Shown piece after piece: positions 55,490 to 64,000 of a stretch of DNA of 64,000 nt; positions within the stretch are counted from its first letter, which is position 1; each line of letters opens with the position of its first letter. The notes below the pieces were generated by a model. The model saw nothing but the letters and a program-made list of their open reading frames with translations. It was not told the DNA's origin and did not search any database. The translations under genes and the position numbers were made by a program. Source of the stretch: Corallochytrium limacisporum Hawaii (taxonomy: Eukaryota > Protista > Pluriformea); NCBI GenBank assembly GCA_002811645.1, contig PDIP01000003.1, forward strand, positions 310,001 to 374,000, read 5' to 3'.

Positions 55490-55956
55490 TTTGCAATTGA
55501 GCACCCTAGAACGCACTAACCAGTTGCATACGTACACACTTCATTCAACCCTTCAAAATCAAAGCATGAGGCACCATGAAGCGCCTAACATTTCATTGTT
55601 GATTGAATCCATTCGTTTGGACCACAAATAGCTTCCGCATGTTCGGTGCCGGCCCGGCCGCACCTTCCACCCTCGCAGGACAGGAAATTAGACTGGAGAG
55701 ACAATTCATCACAGTACTTTTAAACTGGACCTGCGATGAATTTACATTAATGATGATATTAGGTTATCAGTTTTACATAATCCATGTCGATCACAGACCA
55801 AGACGTGGTTTGTTGAACGGCACTGAACGCTGCCGCTGGAGAGCGTTTCCGAGGGTAAGTCCACATCCCACCACAGTCATTGATGAACCAAGCATTCTTT
55901 ATGGATACATTTATTAAAGAACAGGCTGGCTATCTTTCTCTTTAAGAAGATCACTA

Positions 55957-57435
55957 TTACATATGTCCCATGTCCTGAGTAATGGGTAGTCCATTGACCC
56001 ACTTGTGCTTCCACAGATCGGCCACAATGTGGCGCGCCCGATCTTTCCAGATGGGATGCGATTCCATGGCCTCCTCTGTGGCAAGTTCAAGGGCGGCACG
56101 TCCAGCACTGACGTGCTCCTCATCGGCCCGTGCAAGAACGCGGCGAGTGGTTTGGTAGACACTGTGCTCCCATTCCTTACCCAGATGACGCATAATATAA
56201 GGATCATCATTGAGCCGACCATATGGTTCAATGCTGCAATTCACAATGCCCATGCGACTGGCTATGCTTTCGCTAACGTATGTGATGCCTCGTTCACTGA
56301 GATCCGAATCTTTCTCGACATCAGCCAGCTGGTTGTTGGCCGCACCGCACACAATCTTGGCTTTGATTGTTGGAACAGTTTTATCATTCAAAACTCCACC
56401 CAGTGCATTCGGGATAAGAATATCACATTCCTCACCCATAATGCTCAGATCGCCCGGCTCAATCAGGCCCAGTTCAACTTTGGACATGTCATTAGGGCAT
56501 TCCTTCTTCAAGACGCTCATTGTCAATTCTAAAGCCTCCGATCGCACGTCGACTGCTTTTACTTTTGCTGCACCACCGCGTAGCAGGTTGACAATCGTCC
56601 AGGATCCGACATTACCGAGTCCCATTTGTGCTATTACTGCACTATTGAGACCATCGAAACCGTGATGGTCTCGGGCGGCCTCACACGCTCGTGCGACGCC
56701 CTGGGCAGTCCACAGACTGGGATTCCCACTGCCGCCCAGATCCTCACTGATGCACGTCACAAAGCGTGATCGAGAATGCACCATATCAAGATCGCTGACT
56801 ACCAAACCAACATCTTCCGCGCAAACGAAAGCACCACGCAAACCACTCAGGAAGTCGCCATAGTCCTGCATGACAGCTCTCCGGAGGTTGCGATCAGTCA
56901 GAACGCGCGTGTCACCAGGCTCACGACAAATCACACCTTTACCACCACCGGACCACAAACCAGCCAATGCACTCTTCAGACCCATGCCCGTCGCGAGACG
57001 TAGCCCGTCTTTGATGTACGATGCGACGTCGTCATACTCCCACATCCGAATGCCTCCGCACGGTTGCCCACGAGAGCTCTCCCACAGAAATGCACCTAAT
57101 AGCACGTCGGTACGCCGACCAAATTCCAAGAAGACAGCTTCGTGGTCCCTCCACGCCATGGTGTCCTCGACAATGCTGTCCATCAGCTGCTGCGTGGTGG
57201 CATCACTGGAAACCAGGAAGGTATTGTTCCCAGAGATACGTTCCAAACGGTTATAGTACTTGCGTTGCGGATCAAGCACATCTTCACGCACGGCACAAGC
57301 CCGACGAACACCGTAGTCTTCAAACAGGGACTGACGGTACTTTCCTACACTGGAAAAGTGGCGCCTTGCTGCAAAGGCCACTAAAGTTGAGATAGATGGC
57401 CCCCTGGGGGCCACGTTAAACACTTTCGTCAACAT
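55957..57435 (-). CDS. Glu/Leu/Phe/Val dehydrogenase (LeuDH-like), probable mitochondrial presequence
   Basis: GGIR, MGLK, GGGKG, AEDVG, SGNPS..TA.GV, GLGNVG, PNALGG, CGAANNQL. Confidence 0.9.
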   Translation of the reverse strand: MLTKVFNVAPRGPSISTLVAFAARRHFSSVGKYRQSLFEDYGVRRACAVREDVLDPQRKYYNRLERISGNNTFLVSSDATTQQLMDSIVEDTMAWRDHEAVFLEFGRRTDVLLGAFLWESSRGQPCGGIRMWEYDDVASYIKDGLRLATGMGLKSALAGLWSGGGKGVICREPGDTRVLTDRNLRRAVMQDYGDFLSGLRGAFVCAEDVGLVVSDLDMVHSRSRFVTCISEDLGGSGNPSLWTAQGVARACEAARDHHGFDGLNSAVIAQMGLGNVGSWTIVNLLRGGAAKVKAVDVRSEALELTMSVLKKECPNDMSKVELGLIEPGDLSIMGEECDILIPNALGGVLNDKTVPTIKAKIVCGAANNQLADVEKDSDLSERGITYVSESIASRMGIVNCSIEPYGRLNDDPYIMRHLGKEWEHSVYQTTRRVLARADEEHVSAGRAALELATEEAMESHPIWKDRARHIVADLWKHKWVNGLPITQDMGHM

Positions 57436-58828
57436 GATCTATAGCTAAATAGTACACATCATTCCGTACCGCCCCAGAGCATTTGGGCTACGCATACTGT
57501 CAACTGATATGAATATCCGATCTTCATCGCTGCATCCTCACGCTCAAATATCTTGGGAGTCTCAGTCTCTGCATCGGAGATCCGTCAGCAACGCGAAGTG
57601 TACCCAAAGTCATTCGGTCGACATCATCCAACTCCGAACGGCAAAACACCCACCCTTATTTGATCAATAATATATATTGATCAACAGAGTCCGAACCGTA
57701 GGAAAATGGATTTTGGCTGGGGAGGGCCAAAATTTCAGACTGCCCGCACCCGCAGCACTTTCTCCGTCGCAAGCAACGGAAATGGCACCCGACGGACGTT
57801 CGGCCTCCACTTGTTGACTATGAACGGCAGCAAGCGCGCCTGGGCTGAACGCTTCGCACCCCACCCAGCTTTGGGTTGGTTGCTCTCCCAGCCGCGCAGC
57901 AAAGGGCCGCCCGCTGGGCGGACGACCAAACCAAACCCTCCGGATCAAAACTTCGGTCTCACGCTCTTCCGCACCGCTTGCCCCTCTGCTGGACAAACCC
58001 AATTCCCTTCCCGTTCTCCAAATCCTCTCGCTGTCCCCACTTTCTCTCCTCTGCCCGTTCCTCCCCTTGCCCGAGCCACGGTCGCCCCGGGGTCTCTTGG
58101 CCGTAGTATTCGAGACCGGGGTAATATTCGACGGCGAGGTGGGGGACGAGAGAATCCAGGAGTTGCTGTTTGTGCGTCATTGGCTGTGGGTTCACACAGC
58201 CACAGTTCAAACACGGCCAGGGTACCCGGAGGGGCAGCAGCGGCACCTGTGTCAACATCAACCCCACTGCCACCAAGGTTCAAAACTTCCAACTTTTTCA
58301 TCGCCCGACCAGTCCTTCGTGAAGCCTCAGAAATTATGGCCAGTCCTGCGTTCGGTACTTGAGCAATGGCGAGACGGATCCTCACCCTCCGTCCCTATCC
58401 CCGTCATATGCTTTTTGTGACCGAAGCCGATGGAGACTCGCCCTGGGCCCCAGTATCACACTGCGGACGAGACGACCGACAAAACCGTTTCACCAGCAGA
58501 GCAGAGGGTCCAGTGACGTCCGAGGGCTGCGGCGGTGGTTGGGAAGGGCGGGGGGTCTCGTGGACTGGCTGGACGTACGTGAGATTCCTTGCAGTGGAGG
58601 ACAGGTGTGCGTTTCCAAACCTGGATAATAACGCTTCATGAAGGTTGACATGGTACGTATTTGTGGGAGCATCAATCTATGGGAATGCACAACTGCTCTG
58701 ATCTGGCATGAAAAAGAACTGGCAGGACTACAGAGGGTGCAGACAAAGTTTGTCTGCAAATATGAGCAGAGTGAGCTAAAGATGTTACGGAAGGTACATG
58801 GTCCGAATTAAGAAATTACTTAATAGCC

Positions 58829-61462
58829 ATGGTAGACTCAAGAAAGGACACCCCCAGGAGTGTGCACTTCCAGGATGGCTCTCGGGTCTCTGAGTCAACA
58901 GCATTGTTGGCGAACACGCGCACACCGCAGCTGTCATCTTCACCACCTTCGCCTTGGTTCAATAGTATCTTCAAAAACAGTAGACCTTTGGGTGATAACC
59001 CCCTTGTGGAGCACCCACTACTTCCCAAGTTCAACACAGATGCGTCCGAATACGCTTTGGGGAAGTTGAGAGGAGTCTCCGACGAGTCACTTGGACTTGT
59101 TAGTATTGTCTTCAACAAGGTGAACGCATTGAAACTCCTACAAGTCCTGTTCGCTTTGGTCGCGGGTTATATTTGTACTTATATTCCAGCGGATGGAATG
59201 GAAACTAGTCGATGTGTGGGATTAGTTGTTGTTATGTGCGTTCTCTGGGGCATGGAACCGATTCCAACCCATATCGCAGGTCTGATGATTCCGCTCATTG
59301 CTACACTCTTCCCAATGATGCATACAGAGGCTACCTGCGTCGACAGCAAGCTTCATGGGAAACATGGCATGCATAAACATCACCATAAGGCACCCCATAC
59401 CACAAATGTGCAATGTCACACCGACTTTGACTGCTTCAGCGTAGGTCTCAGCGATCACGCACACTGTCCGTCGCAGACGATGACGTCGAGCCAGTCAGCA
59501 GTTGTTCTGAGCGAGTCTTTTTTCAAACCCATGATCTTTCTCTTCATCGGTACATTCGCAATTAGTGCAGCATTAAGCAAGAGGAAATTAGATGTTCGCT
59601 TCGCTCGATGGGTTATTCGGAACATCAGCCGGGATCCAAAGTGGGTGATGCTTTTCCTTATGATTACGGGATGGTTTCTGAGTATGTGGGTGACAAACAT
59701 TGCTGGGGCTATAGCAATGGTTGCTGTGTCTGGCCCTCTGTTGGTGCAGACCACACCCTTGTCACAACAACGGAAGCGTTCCCAAGGACCGTCATCACTA
59801 GCAGTGGATCCATCCCCGGTGGTCATTTCGGAAAATAGCAGACAGGAAGGAAGCCCGCGGGAAGGACGCAGCACGCCACTGGGGGCAACGAGTATCACCG
59901 TAGATGACAAACGCACGGTATCATTGCCGCAACAGCAAAACACTTTTGCCAAAGCTTTACTTCTCGGCATCGCATTTGCGTGTGACCTTGGCGGACAGCC
60001 CACTCCGATTGCTAGTCCTCAGAATTTGCTTGCAAAGCAAGATATTCAGGAACTCATTCCAGCAGATGGTGTTGAACCGAACCATCTCACTTTCGTCCAA
60101 TGGATGTGCGTCGGTATCGTCCCATCTTTGATCGCAGTGGTTTTGATATGGGCAATTCTATGGTTCTACTTCAAACCTGGCGATATCACTTTGCAAAGTG
60201 ATATCGAGGATGAGATCTACGCAGCCGTTAAAAAGAACTTGGCACAACTGAAGAAGTCACCAGCTCTCCGGAGCGCCAATGCCAATGCGGTGGTGAAACG
60301 GTTTTTGGAGTCCCCTCATCTCGGAGCAAGCCCGTTATTGCCACCGGCCAACCGAAGGCAGGGATCCTCCACGGGCTCTCAGGAATTTAGCCGAGAACCA
60401 CGCAGTTTGGAGGCACTTGATGAAGCGCTCGATGAAATCGATGGTAGCATCCTGCCACCTCCAGCGAGGTCGTGGAAGGATGACGACAGCAAGATGATAT
60501 CTGATGCATCCGAGGGCCCGGGTGGTCGAAACCACAAAAAGAGCCCCGCAAGAATATCAGCTTCGTCTCGTGGCAAGGGTTCCATGTTGAACCATGACGC
60601 CAACAGTACCAGTGGCAGTGCAGTTGCTGGACCGAGTCGCGATTTTGACGATGATAGTGATGTTTCCGAGAATAAGCCTTTGCTTCAATTGGTCCAAGAG
60701 GATCCTCAGCGGGGTGCTGAACTCAACGAGCAGCTGGGAGAGCTGATTGCGACTGTGGAGGACTACAACAAGGACAGCGTGAGCTGTTGGGCGAGGTGTT
60801 TGGGTCCCTACTGGTACAGGAGAGAGCTGTGGGACGATGCTTTCGTTGTCGTTGTGAGCGGGTTTACGATCACAATGTGGGTGTTATCCAACAGTCCTGC
60901 CATTCACGACATTATAGGTGACACAGGGATTATGGGCCTAGTGCCAGTCATTGCCTTCTACTCTACAGGTCTCCTAAATAAGGAGGACTTCAAGAACATG
61001 CAGTGGAATGTTATTATCCTAGTTGGATCGGGCCTCGCACTGGGTACTGTGATCCAGAGCTCCGGGCTCCTTGGTGTTCTTAGCACCATTATCACAGATC
61101 ACGGACCAAACCAACCGTTCCCCATTGTGGTCATTCTGAACGTTGTCGTGTGGATCATTGCGAACTTTGTGTCCCACACGGCAGCTGCCGCGGTGACAAT
61201 GCCCTTAGTTATCGGTATTGGTTCGTCCTATGGAAAGGGCAGAATCGCTGCTCTTCTTGCCGTCATGAGCGATAGCTGCGCCATGGGCCTTCCGGTGAGC
61301 GGTTTCCCGAATACCGTTGCTTTTGGTGTTCATGACATTACGGGTAAGACTCAATATTTAACGGCTGGGGACTTTATGAAGACCGGATTTCCTTTGGGCT
61401 TCATGACAGTGGGCATTGTGAGCACTGTCGGATACGCCATGGGTCTCTTGATTGGCTTGTGA
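58829..61462 (+). CDS. DASS/SLC13 anion transporter (Pho87/90/91-like) lacking SPX, with long insertions
   Basis: LWGMEPIP, IFLFIGTFAISAALSK, FLSMWVTN, GGQPTPIASPQN, W.VIILVGSG.ALG, FVSHTAAA, MGLPVSGFPN. Confidence 0.9.
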   Translation: MVDSRKDTPRSVHFQDGSRVSESTALLANTRTPQLSSSPPSPWFNSIFKNSRPLGDNPLVEHPLLPKFNTDASEYALGKLRGVSDESLGLVSIVFNKVNALKLLQVLFALVAGYICTYIPADGMETSRCVGLVVVMCVLWGMEPIPTHIAGLMIPLIATLFPMMHTEATCVDSKLHGKHGMHKHHHKAPHTTNVQCHTDFDCFSVGLSDHAHCPSQTMTSSQSAVVLSESFFKPMIFLFIGTFAISAALSKRKLDVRFARWVIRNISRDPKWVMLFLMITGWFLSMWVTNIAGAIAMVAVSGPLLVQTTPLSQQRKRSQGPSSLAVDPSPVVISENSRQEGSPREGRSTPLGATSITVDDKRTVSLPQQQNTFAKALLLGIAFACDLGGQPTPIASPQNLLAKQDIQELIPADGVEPNHLTFVQWMCVGIVPSLIAVVLIWAILWFYFKPGDITLQSDIEDEIYAAVKKNLAQLKKSPALRSANANAVVKRFLESPHLGASPLLPPANRRQGSSTGSQEFSREPRSLEALDEALDEIDGSILPPPARSWKDDDSKMISDASEGPGGRNHKKSPARISASSRGKGSMLNHDANSTSGSAVAGPSRDFDDDSDVSENKPLLQLVQEDPQRGAELNEQLGELIATVEDYNKDSVSCWARCLGPYWYRRELWDDAFVVVVSGFTITMWVLSNSPAIHDIIGDTGIMGLVPVIAFYSTGLLNKEDFKNMQWNVIILVGSGLALGTVIQSSGLLGVLSTIITDHGPNQPFPIVVILNVVVWIIANFVSHTAAAAVTMPLVIGIGSSYGKGRIAALLAVMSDSCAMGLPVSGFPNTVAFGVHDITGKTQYLTAGDFMKTGFPLGFMTVGIVSTVGYAMGLLIGL

Positions 61463-61506
61463 AGAACCCTTCGTATATAGTTAGAATTTTGGACGTTATA
61501 CATTCT

Positions 61507-62007
61507 TTATTTCTTTAGGCTCTGTTGGTACTCAAAATAACATTGCGGACATAGAGTAAGCTGCAGATGCTCTAGGGCAATACACAGCATTGCAATGATA
61601 CCGCTTGTATACTTCCGAATGCCATCACCAAGCGGCATTGAAGCAATTCCGCACGGATGCACGTAGTTTCGCACTGAACTGCGATGAAAGGCGGTGGTCA
61701 GAATGTAGTCATGCTCCTGTCCTTGAGGATGAGAAATATTCTCTAGAATTTTCAGTTCGCCGTCTTTGTCATAAGCTGCAAAGTACACGACCGCAGTATT
61801 GTAGACTGCTCCGTAGATTACCTCAATGTCTGCACTACTGATCGGTGCGGGATCCTGTGCAACATAGTTTATACTTAATGACCCATCATTTTGCTCTCGA
61901 ACGTAAGCCGAAATACAGTCCTTTCTTAGACTAACACATCGTTTCGGCAACCGGGTGTTGACTAAGCAGATTGCAGACTGAAAGTCAGCTGGCACAGCAC
62001 ATGCCAT
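61507..62007 (-). CDS. ATG10-like E2 conjugating enzyme (divergent)
   Basis: Y...Y...VVYF.AY..DG..L; T..H; catalytic-type VHPC. Confidence 0.6.
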   Translation of the reverse strand: MACAVPADFQSAICLVNTRLPKRCVSLRKDCISAYVREQNDGSLSINYVAQDPAPISSADIEVIYGAVYNTAVVYFAAYDKDGELKILENISHPQGQEHDYILTTAFHRSSVRNYVHPCGIASMPLGDGIRKYTSGIIAMLCIALEHLQLTLCPQCYFEYQQSLKK

Positions 62008-62180
62008 GACTTCTCCACAGGTGTCTCAACCCACAACACTGAAGAGACCGGATTTAATGACACGCGGACGTACTATCATCACAAGTGGCAATGAAATACC
62101 AAACAACGGGAAATCAGGTACAAGGGGTTGCTATGGCGGTCAGACTCTTCGGCCACAGTCCACATTGTCCGTTCAGTTTT

Positions 62181-64000
62181 TCAAAGGAAGAACTGCAGAG
62201 CGGGCACCGCATAAACAGTTTCCTCCCCCCCCGGCTGTTGTGGGCCGGGTGGATAGTACGGCAATAGGGCGTGCGGTTGGGCCACAACCTGGGCATTGTA
62301 CAAATCCCAGTACACCTCCCGGACCTTGCGAGCCGGGTGGAACATGCCTTGCAGCAGATAGAGGAGTACTCTGCCAGGCCCAATTGCCTTGCCCATGGCA
62401 TCAATCACTTCCAGCACCGCATTAATGACGTGACGACTGGTTTCGAATACGTTAGGCATGATAAAGTTCAGGAAGTGGATGAGTAGGTCCTCGTATCCAA
62501 AGCCACGGAGAGCAAGTGCGAGATGCTTTACTGCAACACATGCATGTTGGCGATGAACGTGATCCGGGTCTGAGAGTGCATCTTCGAGCAGGGTACCCGT
62601 AGAATAGGCGTAATCACGGGCGGTCTCTCCAACATACTCGAACAAGAACGCCAAGGCTTTCAGTACGCCATTCTGCACATTCATCTCGCGGACGCGATAC
62701 TCGTTCAGCAATGAGGGGAGTACAGTGTACGGGTTGCAATTTTCTGCAACAACTGCAATAGCTACAGTGCTGCAAACACGCAGGCTACGATCTTGCAGCC
62801 GCAGATTGTCCAATAAGGTAGCAAGTATGTCCTGAGGTCCAACGGCTCGCGAGATGACTCCAAAGGCAGCTACGGCCGCTTTGCGGATCGGTTTACGAGG
62901 GGCGTTTAAGAGGTCTACCAGCAAATTTACAATCCGCATCCATTCCTTTGCGGAGCCCCGCTCTGGAGCCGTCTCTGCAATGGCACCAATTACCGTGATA
63001 ACTTTCTCTTGCACCTTTTCGTTCCGGTTCCGCAAGATGGGGCTTAGTCGCGTCAAAAGATCGGGTACCTCTGGTCTCATCTCATCTATATCGTCTGCAA
63101 AGTGTACCACAAGCGCACCAAGTCCAGCAATAACAGCGGCAAGAACATTTGGGTACTCCTCCCCCAAATATTCGTTAAGGACGGATCCAACGTGGCGAAG
63201 CATGAGTTTTTTGTGACATGTTGCCATCAAAGGAATCAAGTTTACCAGCATCTCAGCACTTTGCTGTCTTGTGGAGGCTGCTTTGTGGTTCATTCTCAGT
63301 AAGACGTTGTCACAAATCATCTGAAGATGGCGTCCTGCCCGTTGACCCATCGATTTTAGAATCATGCTGAAGTGTTTCAAAGGATGAACGTTGTGATCAT
63401 TGCACTCATTGTATGCAAAGAGGGCACCATCTACAAGTCTGTCCTGAAGCCTGTCCTCAAGATCCACGCTCGCAACTTCTGCCAAGACCTTGGCCACTCC
63501 CTCCAGGACCATGAGGCGGTACACCTCAGCCCCATCCGTCAGCCCATCCACCAAGTAATTGCATACGTCTGATGCTGAACAAACCTGTCCTAAGATTACA
63601 GTGGTTTCAAGAAGACTAGTTCGGGTGCTCCTCTTTGTGGTTGCCGTACGACGAGTCCAGAAGTGCTCGAAGAATTTAGGAATGATCTGTTCGCGTACAA
63701 ACACGGCTTCCAGGCCCTCTACCTGGCAACAGTGTCCCACCACGGTCAAGAGTACACCACGCATGTCCTCGTCGGGCGTTTTGAATTCGCGGACTAGAAT
63801 AGGCATCATTTGCTTTGTGTAGTATAGAGCATACTCTGCATCCATGAGAGGAATGAGACATCCTACTGCGCGAATGAATGACGAGAGCAATTTTCCACGG
63901 TACCTGCCAATGCCGTTCCACAAGGGTTCCAACGCAAGTTCAAAACTCTCTATACCATACGGAGCACACACTTTTGCGAGTTGCGAGATTGCATGAGCAG
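62181..64000 (-). CDS. SF3B1: Splicing factor 3B subunit 1, C-terminal HEAT repeats (5' part beyond window), divergent
   Basis: PYGIESF, LIPLMDAEYA, EYLGEEYP, EKVQE, EWMRI, RVCSTVAIA, NVQNGVLK, HPARKVR; frame open to the right edge. Confidence 0.95.
   Translation of the reverse strand, partial: AHAISQLAKVCAPYGIESFELALEPLWNGIGRYRGKLLSSFIRAVGCLIPLMDAEYALYYTKQMMPILVREFKTPDEDMRGVLLTVVGHCCQVEGLEAVFVREQIIPKFFEHFWTRRTATTKRSTRTSLLETTVILGQVCSASDVCNYLVDGLTDGAEVYRLMVLEGVAKVLAEVASVDLEDRLQDRLVDGALFAYNECNDHNVHPLKHFSMILKSMGQRAGRHLQMICDNVLLRMNHKAASTRQQSAEMLVNLIPLMATCHKKLMLRHVGSVLNEYLGEEYPNVLAAVIAGLGALVVHFADDIDEMRPEVPDLLTRLSPILRNRNEKVQEKVITVIGAIAETAPERGSAKEWMRIVNLLVDLLNAPRKPIRKAAVAAFGVISRAVGPQDILATLLDNLRLQDRSLRVCSTVAIAVVAENCNPYTVLPSLLNEYRVREMNVQNGVLKALAFLFEYVGETARDYAYSTGTLLEDALSDPDHVHRQHACVAVKHLALALRGFGYEDLLIHFLNFIMPNVFETSRHVINAVLEVIDAMGKAIGPGRVLLYLLQGMFHPARKVREVYWDLYNAQVVAQPHALLPYYPPGPQQPGGEETVYAVPALQFFL

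Noticed and set aside
1-64000. CRISPR arrays, rRNA, prokaryotic operons
   Set aside because: No regularly spaced repeats or rRNA motifs; gene content and the spliceosomal intron are eukaryotic

Overview
Gene-dense, very intron-poor eukaryotic genomic DNA with one assembly gap (6351-6543). The gene set (TMEM94, JTB-like, TMEM107, LNR/TSP1 surface protein) points to a unicellular opisthokont or holozoan-like protist; this is inference only. About 30 protein genes are supported, almost all single-exon. Housekeeping genes include DnaJA, COG7, PSMB3, CPSF73, CYB5R, a DHX33-like helicase, EIF1AD, POLD3 (one clear GT-AG intron with a TACTAAC branch site), SF3B6/p14, SF3B1 and an ATG10-like protein. 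Several enzymes look bacterial: a persulfide dioxygenase-rhodanese fusion, a cytidylyltransferase/2-hydroxyacid dehydrogenase fusion and a Leu/Glu dehydrogenase. The most interesting observations are: (1) a ~1950-aa surface protein with 15 Notch-type LNR repeats, TSP1, Cys-rich repeats, a furin-type RKRR site and a two-TM module with channel-like topology; (2) the cytidylyltransferase-dehydrogenase fusion, possibly two horizontally acquired operon neighbours; (3) erosion of the branch-site-reading SF3b subunits (p14 lacks Tyr22, SF3B1 is divergent) alongside a strict TACTAAC intron; (4) an apparent promoter grammar of poly(dC:dG) tracts and inverted ATCAATA pairs. No tRNA, rRNA, CRISPR array or intact mobile element was recognised. 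All family assignments are from motif recognition by eye, not database searches.
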